DNA of 64,000 nucleotides from Selaginella moellendorffii (lineage: Eukaryota > Plantae > Lycopodiophyta): contig NW_003314280.1 of assembly GCF_000143415.4 (NCBI RefSeq), forward strand, positions 1,781,549-1,845,548, given 5' to 3'. The translations under genes and the position numbers were made by a program. The notes below the pieces were generated by a model. That model searched no databases, was not told the DNA's origin, and was given only the letters and a program-made list of their open reading frames with translations. This document shows positions 28,200-39,568 of this stretch, piece after piece. Each line of letters opens with the position of its first letter. Within the stretch, counting starts at the first letter, position 1.

Positions 28200-28610
28200 A
28201 TTCAACATTTATTAGGCCACTCCATTAATAATGTGCCTTCTACTTTAGTAGATTTTAACATCTCTAACTCATTTCAAGCATACATCACTTAGTATAAAAG
28301 ATCCATTGCTAATGACAAGAAAACCTTTGTAGGCTAAACATATTTGCTATCTATTGCTTCTATAAAATCATCACATGTGCCTTCATGAAAGTGGCTTATT
28401 GTAAAAAAAACACCTAAAGAACCAACTCTTGAAACATATATCCCAGATTGGAAACCATTATGAGCAAATTGAATACAAACCATTGATGCACAATTACAAT
28501 AATCTCCAATATTAGTTGCTATTTATTCAATAAAATATTGAATTGTTGATCCTGAATAAGCTCTTACTTGTTGGATGAGAACCTATTATCATGATAGTAA
28601 AATATAAACC
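28200..28610 (-). pseudogene. Third, inverted, pseudogenised copy of the small secreted protein gene
   Basis: Reverse strand reads LIQQVRAYS...*IATNIGDYCNCASMVCIQFAHNGFQSG...GSLGVFFTISHFHEGTCDDFIEAI...ICLAY...NGSF...MEWPNKC; contains a stop and indels. Confidence 0.88.
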
Positions 28611-28949
28611 TACCTCCTATGTAAAAGTTAAACTTGAAAGCCTCTCTTGGCCTTATTAGTTGAAGATTTCATAATTGAAGTTGAATTTTAAACTCAATAA
28701 TAGTGGAATATTGTGTGGGTTCTTAGACTTAAGATTCTATTGTAAATCAATGGTCCACAAAATCTTTCAAAATAGAGGAAACATGTAATGATCTTGCTTA
28801 TAAGGTATGCCTATAATATATATAACTAATACCAATACTTATATATAAATAATAATAATATATAATTATATATGATTATTATAGTATGTTAATACAAGGA
28901 TTTTTGGTTTGCTAAAAGAAAATAAGGACCATAGTACATATACTACTAA

Positions 28950-29400
28950 TAGATATCCTTAACATTAAAGTATTGGAAACTTTAAAATATCCAATTTATG
29001 TTTAAAAATTATGAAGATAAATATCTAGGTAAGAGGTCAATAAATTTCAATTGTGAAATAGAGGCTGAATTATAATTTTATACTTGAACTTGCTCCAAAA
29101 CACAAAAAATAAATAGACATAATATAAGAAAAGGAGGCAATTTTTTTTGCAATATATGTTCTAATGCTTTGGAAGATTTTATATTTTAAAAAACTTTATA
29201 AGTCTTTATTAGTCATCCTGGTTCCATATAGTGAATAAGTTTATGTGCTGGACAGAAAATTTATTTAGATGACATCTTAATATTTTTTGGAACCCAAAAG
29301 TCAAATGGAAAACTCAAAAAAAAAATTATTACATATAATTGTTTATTATTCAATTTTAGCTACATTAATTTACCTAAAGTCTTGTTCAAAGATAATAAAA
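28950..29400 (+). mobile_element. Decayed reverse transcriptase remnant
   Basis: TAT TTA GAT GAC ATC TTA ATA TTT = YLDDILIF at ~29262-29285; boundaries approximate. Confidence 0.5.
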
Positions 29401-30275
29401 TGGCATGATAGTAATATATTCAATAGATACACACAATATGAGTTAGTACTATAGAAATCTATATCGAAATTATTATTTTGATGTTACCATTATGGCTAAC
29501 AAAAGCCAAGTGATCCTCTCCATATAAACAAAATTCAAAAAATAAAGAAATGATTGTTTGGGCAACCAAGAAGGAAATGTTTTAGAAACTTTCAAATTTA
29601 AAAGTCATGGAGTGCATTTTTATTTTCTATCTTATATCGCCTCCATATCTTTTCCTGCAAAGGACGTCAAACGAGTCAAAGAAAGACAATTTCAAAAGAT
29701 GCAGGACGACCATTTGAACATCACTCTTCCTATCAAAACTGAGAGTAGCACGTTGCTGCGCTTTGCCTGCACTCAAAGTCCGCATTAGAAAAGTCCCCAA
29801 CACAACCGGTTTGCTTTTCTTGAGCCAGAAACAAGGAGAGAAGAGACCAAAGAAATGGAGAAAAAAGAAAACAAAGAAAGGCAGAAGAGATTGCTTACCG
29901 CAACAGCGTATGAGACGAGCAGGATCTCCAAGCTCTTGAGGTAGCAAATGAAGGCTACAGCCTCAAAGAGAGAGACGGCCAGCAGCACTGAATCAAAAGC
30001 GAGAACGACTTTACTGTAAAAAAGAACACAAGAGTCTATCACCTGAGAGAGATAAACAAGCCAACCTTGTGACAAGTAGATATAAAACTACGGGAACGGC
30101 CGTAAAGCCTCGTTGGAGAGCAGCAAAATTGAGAAGCGATGGTGCTAAGTGACCACGATTCCCATGAGCCCCTGCGAGCTCGGGAGCCCGTTTATGATCA
30201 CATAGCTCGTAAAAACCAGAAGAACTGGAGTGAAAGCTAGATAAGGAACAGTGACCGAGAGAGGGGAGATGGTAC

Positions 30276-30575
30276 ATGGACCCCACCAGAGCCTTGATCG
30301 CCGCGGTGACGAGCCAGCCGCGTCAAAGAGAAGAGACCGGAGAGGAGGAGCGCGTCCAGGAGAGCCACCGGAGCTACGAGCTCGCGGTCCGAGAAGCGCT
30401 GGGACGCCTGCTGGCATCGATGCAGTTGTGGCCGATCACGGCGTCCGCGGCGTACGCGAATCCTGCCCAGATCATTTCTCTGCTCTTCTCCAGAGCGAGC
30501 GATCGATCAATCGATCCATCACTAGGACGATTCGCTGCATTATCGGCGAAGGCGTCACTCCTATGTAATGAATAA
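30276..30575 (+). CDS. Possible 99-aa orphan ORF in a GC-rich island
   Basis: ATG-started ORF, GC-rich versus AT-rich flanks, TATAAAA at ~30080; no recognisable domain. Confidence 0.25.
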   Translation: MDPTRALIAAVTSQPRQREETGEEERVQESHRSYELAVREALGRLLASMQLWPITASAAYANPAQIISLLFSRASDRSIDPSLGRFAALSAKASLLCNE

Positions 30576-31157
30576 GGTTTAAATTACTTGTATTACTTTT
30601 TTTTCCAAGTGAGCTCTTCATTGATCATCCATTTTTGCTGATTGATCAGCATACATTTTGAAAACCAGTGTGATTTATGATGAATATGAGATTGTTTTGA
30701 CTCTGGATCTTGCACACTTCATCCCTTCAAACAAACATTGCTTGCTCTTTTGATGCTACAGATTCTTCCTCAATTTCCCACTCCAATTCCATTGCAAAAT
30801 TATTTTCTTCATTTAGTGCTAAGATAGGAGATTCTTCCTCCATTTGCTGCTCCAACTCCATGGCAAAATTGTTTTGCTCTTCGCCCAAATCGGATCGAGT
30901 GCCCTGGCCCTGTAAGTTGCTGAACTCCCCCTTGAACTCCTCAAGACCCAATAGTAAATCTAGATCATCATTATCATCAACTTTGAAATCCTTAAGAAAG
31001 TTCTTCACCTCGTCCTCCACAGAAGGACCCTTGTTCTCCAAATCCATTTTGCACCACAATTTCTCAACCTCCTGGAAGATCTTCCCGTCTTGCACATATC
31101 CCTCGAGGTCACAAGCATTGATTGGCAATAACTGACCCCAACCATGCCCATTAACCA

Positions 31158-31320
31158 CTAGTTAATTAGGGCATTTAGGAATCCTGTGTGCTTGGTGATG
31201 GCCTCGCTGTTCTCTTCGAAGATCCACAACTTGTTAGCCACGCCCTGCGTGAGGATGCACAGCAGCGACTCCCACTGGTTGCGGCCGATGGAATCGCCGG
31301 TGAAGATGACATCTCGCGAG
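31158..31320 (-). pseudogene. Trichome birefringence-like (TBL/PC-esterase) gene fragment
   Basis: VIFTGDSIGRNQWESLLCIL..GV.NK...ITKHTGFL is the TBL GDS motif; lacks the rest of the gene. Confidence 0.8.
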
Positions 31321-32293
31321 GAAGACATTGCCCCCTTCACTTCTTCTACTGCTGCTCCTTCTTGGGTCTCTTTCTTGGACGACTGCCATCTTCTTTCTTG
31401 GCTCATTTCAGTCGTGTTGCTCCACTTGGAGTGAAGTGCTGTTTGCACACTGTGCACTTCTAGTGCACCTGGATCAGCATGTGGTTGTCAAAATAGTCAA
31501 ACTTGGTGAGTGCAGAGGGATTGCAGTAGTGTTGGTAGAGCAGGTGCTGTTGTCCCAAGAAGGCCATGAGCTCCCTTATGCTGCCAAACGTAACAAAAGT
31601 CTGTTGTGATGCCTGTGAATCAAAGATTATGTAGTTTTTGAGATGGTGGATGTCCTTGACCAGCACGCCTTTTATTTCTCTCATCTCTCTGAAAATTAAT
31701 TTAAATATACAGTTAAAAGCGATAAAAATATACTTTACTCACAAATATTCTAACACAAACATACTATGAATATCAAATATTCTAATATGAATATACTATG
31801 AATAAAATCTGAACCTGCAAAGCAGCAAAGGCAGGCTGGTTGTGGCGAAATTCAGCTGGGCAAAAGAGGTGGATTCTTGAGAGATAAGGAGAGGTGAAGC
31901 TTTCAGTGACTGGTACTTTTTTCTTGTGAGCAGCTTAAACCAAAACTAGTCTATGGTTTATTCAAACTTTTATGAAGGTGAGACTCTTTAATATTTTAAA
32001 AACTTTTTCAAATGTAAAAGTTATGGAATAAAAGTCAAGTGTACAGTTATGATGCTGTATATTAATATTAGCGTAATGGGATTTTAGTAGCCGTTGAATT
32101 AGTTTCAATCTGGATCATTCGCTCTTATATATAAACTAGAGTTTTTGGGTTAATTGATATGCACATTTTCTATATTCCCTTTCCATATTCCAAACACTCA
32201 CACATGGAGTGCATTTTTATTTTTTACCTTATACATTATGGTATGCTTTACTAAAACAATGTTTTTTCTTTTTTATCTTTAGGAGCTGAAAAA

Positions 32294-32876
32294 CTATATT
32301 GATGGTGGCAAACATTCTAATTCCCTCTCAGAAGAATTCCCAAAAGAGGGAAAATCCTGCATTTCTGGGATGAACAAGCTGACAGCTAGAAGCTCTTCAT
32401 CCTTGCAAAACTCCACACAAAACTGGCTAAAAAACCTCTGCACCATGGCTCGAAAGACAGGGCAATTGAGCAGCATATAGTAGCCCAGAAATTCCTCCAA
32501 GTTCACCAAATCATCAAAGCTATCCGCTACAACCATCTCCACCACTTCGTCCCACCTTCATAGCCTCACTGCGCTGGGCGCCAGGATGCGGTGACAAAAT
32601 CTTCTTGCCTTTGCCATGCCCAAGGTCCTCCGCATCATTCTTGAACGAGAAGTTGCTGGACGAAGCCTGAGAATCCTCTAAGTTGTGGTGGACGACTTCC
32701 TGGCGATCTAAAGCTTCCGTCCAGCTATCACTAGTCTTGAGTTTGCTGTAGTCACCAAACGACCATAAACTGCTTCCCGACTTCTTGAGCTTTTGCTTCT
32801 GCTGCTGCCTGTATGACAAGCTCACTATCCAACTGATCCTATGCTTGTTGCTGCTGTTGCTGCTCCTCTTCACCAT
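32294..32876 (-). pseudogene. OVATE family protein gene, frameshifted just before the OVATE domain
   Basis: VVEMVVADSFDDLVNLEEFLGYYMLLN...F matches the OVATE C-terminal domain; it is in a different frame from the N-terminal MVKRSS...ISW ORF, with the shift near 32560. Confidence 0.65.
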
Positions 32877-33304
32877 CACCCCACGAGTTGACGACCTTCT
32901 ACCGTCCGCTTCATGAGATTCCTGCAAACGCTCGGGAACTTAATGCACCAGGGAAAAGAAACAACCCGTAGCGTCCCATCGGCAACCGTCATTTCATGAA
33001 CCATCCTCCTCTGCTACTGACCAAGATGTTGATTCTTTCAGGAGAAACGTTAAGTAGGTGGCCTGGCACCTCTGACTTCCCCCACTCCATTTTCTAGCTC
33101 ACATCGTCGCACGAAAGAGGCCTACATGATCAGCTTCGTGCCGTCCACGCACATTGATCCGATGACGGTCCTGCGCATGGAAACAAGTCAGTGCTGTTGC
33201 CTTTTATAAGAGAACACTCACCTGACGTTCAAACAAATGCTTCCAATTGTCAACATCTGACACGTTAAGAAAACATAGGAAGAGAAAAAAAGTGAACCTT
33301 ATGT

Positions 33305-34640
33305 GTAGTCAAGCTGCTGCAGCTTTGAGGGACGCCAATCGAGTGTTGTGTCACTCCCACTCGATGATCAGTTACCCGGTCTTGAGGAAAGTTATACGTT
33401 CTTATGCTCTCCGATCTGTCGCTTGAGCCGATCTGGAGTGACAATTTATAAAAGTAGAAAAAATAACGTTCTGCGACAACATTACCTGATCTTGTTGTAA
33501 TTCAGACCGACTTGCCGCTGCTCGGGACCGCTCGAGCTCGTACAGCCTAGCATATAAAATACTCAAAGCTTTTGCTTTGTTCTATAGAATCTCAGCTCAG
33601 TTGTAGCAAAGCACGCGTGCTGAAGGGCCTTCCTTGTGTCGAGAGCGTTCGTCTTGGATCGCGACCACGATACCTGTTGGAACGTGAGTGACTCGGACTG
33701 CGCTGCAGGTAGTATTTACATGCTGTCCATCGGCTCCACCAGCTCGGTATGTGTCTATCTTTATCTCGTCATTACGGATATCGACATCAACCTGTCAGCA
33801 TAGTCAAACTTTAGTAACAGAAAAACGAGAAAAAAAAAACACATGTATCAATGGTCTATGCAAGTGCCAAGGTTTAGTAAACCTGGAGTGAACCTCATTC
33901 ACTTCGGGAAGAATAGCGACTGACGCAGTACTTGTGTGTATACGTCTTTTTGAAGAGATCAGACGCAAAAATTGACGCTTCGTCACCTCCAGCTCCTAAA
34001 AAAAAGATAAAACATATCAATTATGGGTTGCACTTGCTTCGAGAATACAACCTCTGCTATCAGCTTCATCTTTAGGAATACGCTCCAGGAGAACTTCGTC
34101 CTGAGCATCTCTCACTTCTCTGGTGGCCGTTTGAAGTTCTCCAGAGGCCTGCCTACGCATTTCTTCGTCTTCAACGGACTCTTTCACCAATTCTTTCAAG
34201 CCAATTACTTCCTGCATTCAACCAAAGAGTATCTTCAACCAAAGAGTCTCTTTCTCCCAAAATTTAGTCGTCAAACCTTTTCTTTGGCTCTCAGCGCCTT
34301 GAACATATCCACGGAGTAATCCAGCTTGCGCTTGCGAAGGTCCTTGTTCATCTTGATGAGCTCGTCTGACGCAATCCCAGGCTCAAATCATTCACGATCA
34401 TCTTTTCAAGCACGAAATCCGAATCTACACTTTACCTCTAGAAGCGCTTTGGAAAGACAGGCATGGCGGTCTTCAATAGAGATCACACTCTTCTCCAAAA
34501 TTCGCAAAATATCGTCGGGAATGGGCGCATGCTTGTCTGGAGGTAGAAAATCCATGTCTCCAGCTCAATCCACCTACATTTCGCAAGAACATACCCATGA
34601 GCGTGGAAGCTTTTGTTGAAGACAGTATTCATGTCCTAGA
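33305..34640 (-). pseudogene. Organellar peptide chain release factor 1 gene with internal deletions (likely pseudogene)
   Basis: [64 protein letters not shown]; PxT region deleted with frameshift; GGQ changed to DGQ; 5' boundary approximate. Confidence 0.8.
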
Positions 34641-34888
34641 GCTTTTGTTGTGCTTCTATACTGGAGAAAGCCAAAAGCCTTCTCTAGCTTGGTTTTCTTT
34701 GGGAGAAGAGGTTTCCGGTTCGAATCCTGAACTCGCAAAATGCCCACCTATAATATACAGCCCCCACTGTTCAGTTTTAGGGTTCTTCGCGCAAGGGTTT
34801 TTGCGCAAAGGCGGAGCGCTTGATCAAAGGCGGCGAGCACCGCAGGTGCGTTTGCGCCACGCAATCGCGAGATTTCAGCTCCACCAGG

Positions 34889-37800
34889 ATGTATGGAGGT
34901 GATGAGGAGGATTACATGGATGAGGAGGAGGAAATCACACAGGAGGATGCCTGGGCCGTCATTAGTGCCTACTTCGAGGAGAAGGGGCTAGTGCGCCAGC
35001 AGCTCGACTCGTTCGACGAGTTCATCCAGAACACGATGCAGGAAATCGTGGATGAGTCGTCGGAGATCGAAATTAAGCCCGAGTCGCAGCACAACCCTGG
35101 CCGGAATAACGAATATTCCGGAGAGGTATGATGCTTGCACAAACCATCAGCCAAGGAAAATAAAACTTCTCGCATTGACACTGCGATGTCTGTTTTCAGA
35201 CCACTTTCAAGATCAAGTTTGGACAGATTTATCTGAGCAAGCCTATGATGACCGAGTCTGATGGAGAAACCGCAACTTTGTTCCCAAAAGCTGCCCGGCT
35301 CAGGAATCTAACGTACTCGGCTCCTTTGTACGCCGATATCATCAAGTATGTCACTCGAAAAGGAGAGGACGGCGAAGAAGACACCGAGCAGGAAGAGCTG
35401 CCGAAAGTCTTCATTGGAAAGGTTTGGCATTCTCTTGCTTTTTTCACTCGACTCTAAAGCAGAGCAATGCAGGTTCCTATCATGCTTAGATCGAGCTACT
35501 GTACATTGTATCAGAACTCTGATAAAGACCTTACTGAGCTTGGCGAGTGTCCATACGATCAAGGAGGCTACTTTATCATCAACGGGAGTGAGAAGGTCCT
35601 CATTGCGCAAGAAAAGATGAGTACCAATCACGTCTACGTGTTCAAAAAGAGGCAGCCAAACAAATATGCTTACGTTGCTGAGGTTCGTTCTATGGCGGAG
35701 TCCCAGAACAGACCCGCGAGCAGTATGTTCGTCCGAATGCTTTCACGAGCCGGAGCCAAAGCGGTAATAATGCAAATCGGGTATTTTCTGATCTAACATC
35801 CTTACAGGGGTCTTCTGGCCAATATATTCGAGCAACACTGCCTTATATCAAACAAGAAATCCCAATCATAGTGGTTTTTCGAGCACTTGGATTCGTGGCT
35901 GATAAAGACATCCTGGAGCATATCTGTTATGACTTTAGCGACACGGCCATGATGGAATTGCTAAGGCCATCTTTGGAAGAGGCATTCGTCATACAGAACC
36001 AACAAGTTGCTTTGGACTATATTGGCAAAAGAGGCTCCACTGTGGGTGTTACCAGGGAGAAGCGTATCAAGTGAGTGCGAATCGCCTGTTTTCATGCTAT
36101 AGAAGCTCATCTATTGTGCATGCAGGTATGCAAAAGACATTCTACAAAAAGAAATGTTACCGCACGTTGGAGTCGGGGAATATTGTGAGACGAAGAAAGC
36201 GTACTTTTTTGGATACATCATACATCGTCTATTATTATGTGCGTTGGGCCGTCGTGCTGAAGACGATCGAGACCATTATGGGAACAAGCGTCTAGATCTT
36301 GCTGGTCCGCTGCTTGGTAGTCTGTTCCGGCAGTTGTTCAGGAAGCTGACTAAAGATGTCCGAGCCTATCTACAAAAGGTATATATTCTGGACATCTTTC
36401 GAAGATATCTGATATCTTTTGCAGTGCGTAGACAATGGGAAGGAAGTAAATCTTGCATATGCTGTCAAAGCCAAGACAATCACTAGTGGATTGAAGTATT
36501 CCCTTGCGACTGGAAACTGGGGACAAGCGAACTCAGGCAATGCACGAGCAGGAGTGTCACAGGTCCGTTACTGGGCGTTTTCTTAGTAGTAATGATGATT
36601 CCATCCTCTCTTACAGGTTCTCAATCGTCTGACGTATGCCTCAACATTGTCACACTTGCGAAGATTAAATTCTCCAATTGGACGTGAAGGTAGGCTTGTT
36701 GTCAAGTCTATGTTACCGAACCTCTAGTTCTTCTGCAGGAAAGCTGGCAAAGCCTCGTCAGCTTCATAATTCTCACTGGGGTATGATGTGTCCTGCCGAA
36801 ACTCCGGAAGGTCAAGCATGCGGTTTGGTAAAAAATTTGGCACTAATGGCTTATATCACCGTCGGGTCAGCTGCCAATCCCATACTGGTTTTTCTGGAAG
36901 AGTGGAGTACTGAGAATTTCGAGGTAAAATATTACTCTTACGTTTTTATCATTTCTCATACCTTTATATGTTCAGGAAATTTCACCAGCAGTAATCCCAA
37001 ATGCAACTAAAATCTTTGTGAATGGTGCATGGGTTGGGATACACAGAGAGCCGGAGCACTTGGTTAAAACGTTGCGGCAGCTGCGTCGACAGGTTCGATC
37101 TACATGTTTTTGTATAAATGAATTCACATATCTTTTCTGTAGGTCGATGTGAATACAGAAGTTGGTGTTGTAAGAGACATTCGGCTCAAGGAGCTCCGGT
37201 TGTACACAGACTATGGAAGATGCAGCCGGCCTCTCTTTATTGTTGAGAAACAAAGGCTGCTGATAAAGAAGTCAGATATCAGAGCACTGCAGCAAAAGGT
37301 GTTTACTCGCTCTTCTAGTTTTTATGTCAGCTAATATTTGCATCCGTTGACAGGAAGCTGGAGAAAATGGATGGCATGAGCTGGTATCCAAAGGATTTAT
37401 TGAGTACGTTGACACCGAGGAAGAAGAAACAACTATGATATCCATGACTATTTCGGTAAAATACGTTATCCGACTGTGCTGCTTAATATTTTATAATATC
37501 TTTTCAGGATCTTGTCAATGCTCGATTGAATCCCGAAGAGGCATATTCAGATACTTATACACATTGCGAAATCCACCCGTCCATGATTTTGGGCGTCTGT
37601 GGGTCGATTATTCCCTTCCCCGACCATAACCAGTCTCCTCGTAATACATACCAATCAGCTATGGGAAAGCAAGCTATGGGTATATACGTGACAAACTACC
37701 AACTACGTATGGTGAGTATCGATGTTTCTCGCTTTTTTCTTTTCTGATCATATCCGGATGGTACAGGATACCCTTGCTTATGTGTTGTACTACCCTCAAA

Positions 37801-39407
37801 AGCCTCTTGTGACAACTCGTGCTATGGAGCACCTGCATTTTCGACAACTTCCCGCTGGCATTGTAAGTCAGTTAATTGGTCTCCACTCTACATGCTTAAG
37901 TGAATTTCTTTCAGAATGCTATTGTGGCAATTGCATGCTATTCCGGCTACAATCAAGAGGATTCGGTTATTATGAACCAGTCATCCATCGACCGCGGCTT
38001 TTTCCGCTCCATCTTTTATCGTTCTTACAGGTACGGCTCTCATTTGTTTTGTTAGTATGTCAACTTGTACTTTCAGGGATGAGGAAAAGAAAGCTGGAAC
38101 GTTGGTGAAAGAAGAATTTGAACGTCCCAACAGGGAGACGACGACGGTTAGTCCTGTCTATTGAGAAGTGTATGTAGCGCCGACTTTTTTAATACAGGGA
38201 ATGCGGCATGGATCATATGATAAGCTCGATGATGATGGTATCGCACCGCCCGGAACGAGGGTATCTGGGGAGGATGTGATTATTGGGAAGACCACACCGC
38301 TGGCCCAAGACGAAACTGGGACTCAAGCTCAACGGTATTCAAAGAGGGATCAGAGTACGTGTCTACGCCATAGTGAAAGTGGAATGATCGATCAGGTACC
38401 GTAGTTTGGTTTTAAGTGGGACAGCTTCTAATCATCTTGATACCTGTAGGTGTTACTTACGACCAATGCGGATGGTTTGCGTTTTGTCAAGACAAGGGTG
38501 CGATCCATACGCATCCCTCAAATTGGTGACAAGTTTAGTAGCAGACACGGGCAGAAGGGTACTATTGGAATGACGTACACGCAAGAAGACATGCCCTTCA
38601 CACAAGAAGGCATAACACCGGATATCATCGTGAATCCGCATGCTATTCCATCCCGCATGACCATTGGCCAGCTGATCGAGTGTATCATGGGTAAAGTTGC
38701 AGCGCTCATGGGAAAAGAAGGTGATGCGACGCCATTCACTGATGTCACGGTAAGCCTTTTTCATGTAGCTTCTACAGGACTCTTACGGTTTTCTATCTTG
38801 CTTGTAGGTGGATAACATCAGCAAAGCACTCCACAAGTGTAACTATCAGTTAAGAGGCTTCGAGACAATGTACAATGGACACACCGGTCGCAGACTGAGT
38901 GCCATGATTTTCATCGGGCCAACATACTACCAGCGGTTGAAGCATATGGTCGACGATAAGATTCACTCCCGTGGGCGTGGTCCTGTTCAAATACTTACTC
39001 GCCAGCCCGCAGAAGGTCGATCAAGGGACGGAGGCCTTCGTTTTGGTGAAATGGAGCGGGACTGCATGATCGCACACGGAGCAGCGCATTTTCTCAAGGA
39101 GCGCCTGTTTGATCAGAGCGACGCGTATCGCGTCCACGTTTGCGAGCATTGCGGTCTGATTGCGATCGCGAACCTGAAGAAGAATACGTTCGAGTGCCGG
39201 AGCTGCAAGAACAAGACGGAGATTGTTCAGGTTTGCTTTCTCGTATTTTCTCTCAAGGCATCATTCTCAACTACATCTTTCTTTTTCCAGGTTCATATAC
39301 CATACGCTTGCAAGCTTTTGTTCCAAGAACTAATGGCTATGGCTATAGCGCCTCGAATGTTCATGAAGGAGGTTAAGAAGCTCAAAGGACACGTAAAGAA
39401 GGTTTAA
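34889..39407 (+). CDS. NRPB2: DNA-directed RNA polymerase II second-largest subunit, ~20+ short introns
   Basis: [88 protein letters not shown]. Confidence 0.98.
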
Positions 39408-39568
39408 GGTACCCTTCCTGATTTTCATCTCAGTCCAAGTTATCGACGCAGGAAACTCACACACTAGTTGTAACTCTTTTTGTATATCAAATGAAGACAC
39501 TCTTACACTCTTAAAAACTCTTTTCGTCCTAAAATCTTTTCATAGGGTTTCTAAAGCTCTGCGTGGCC

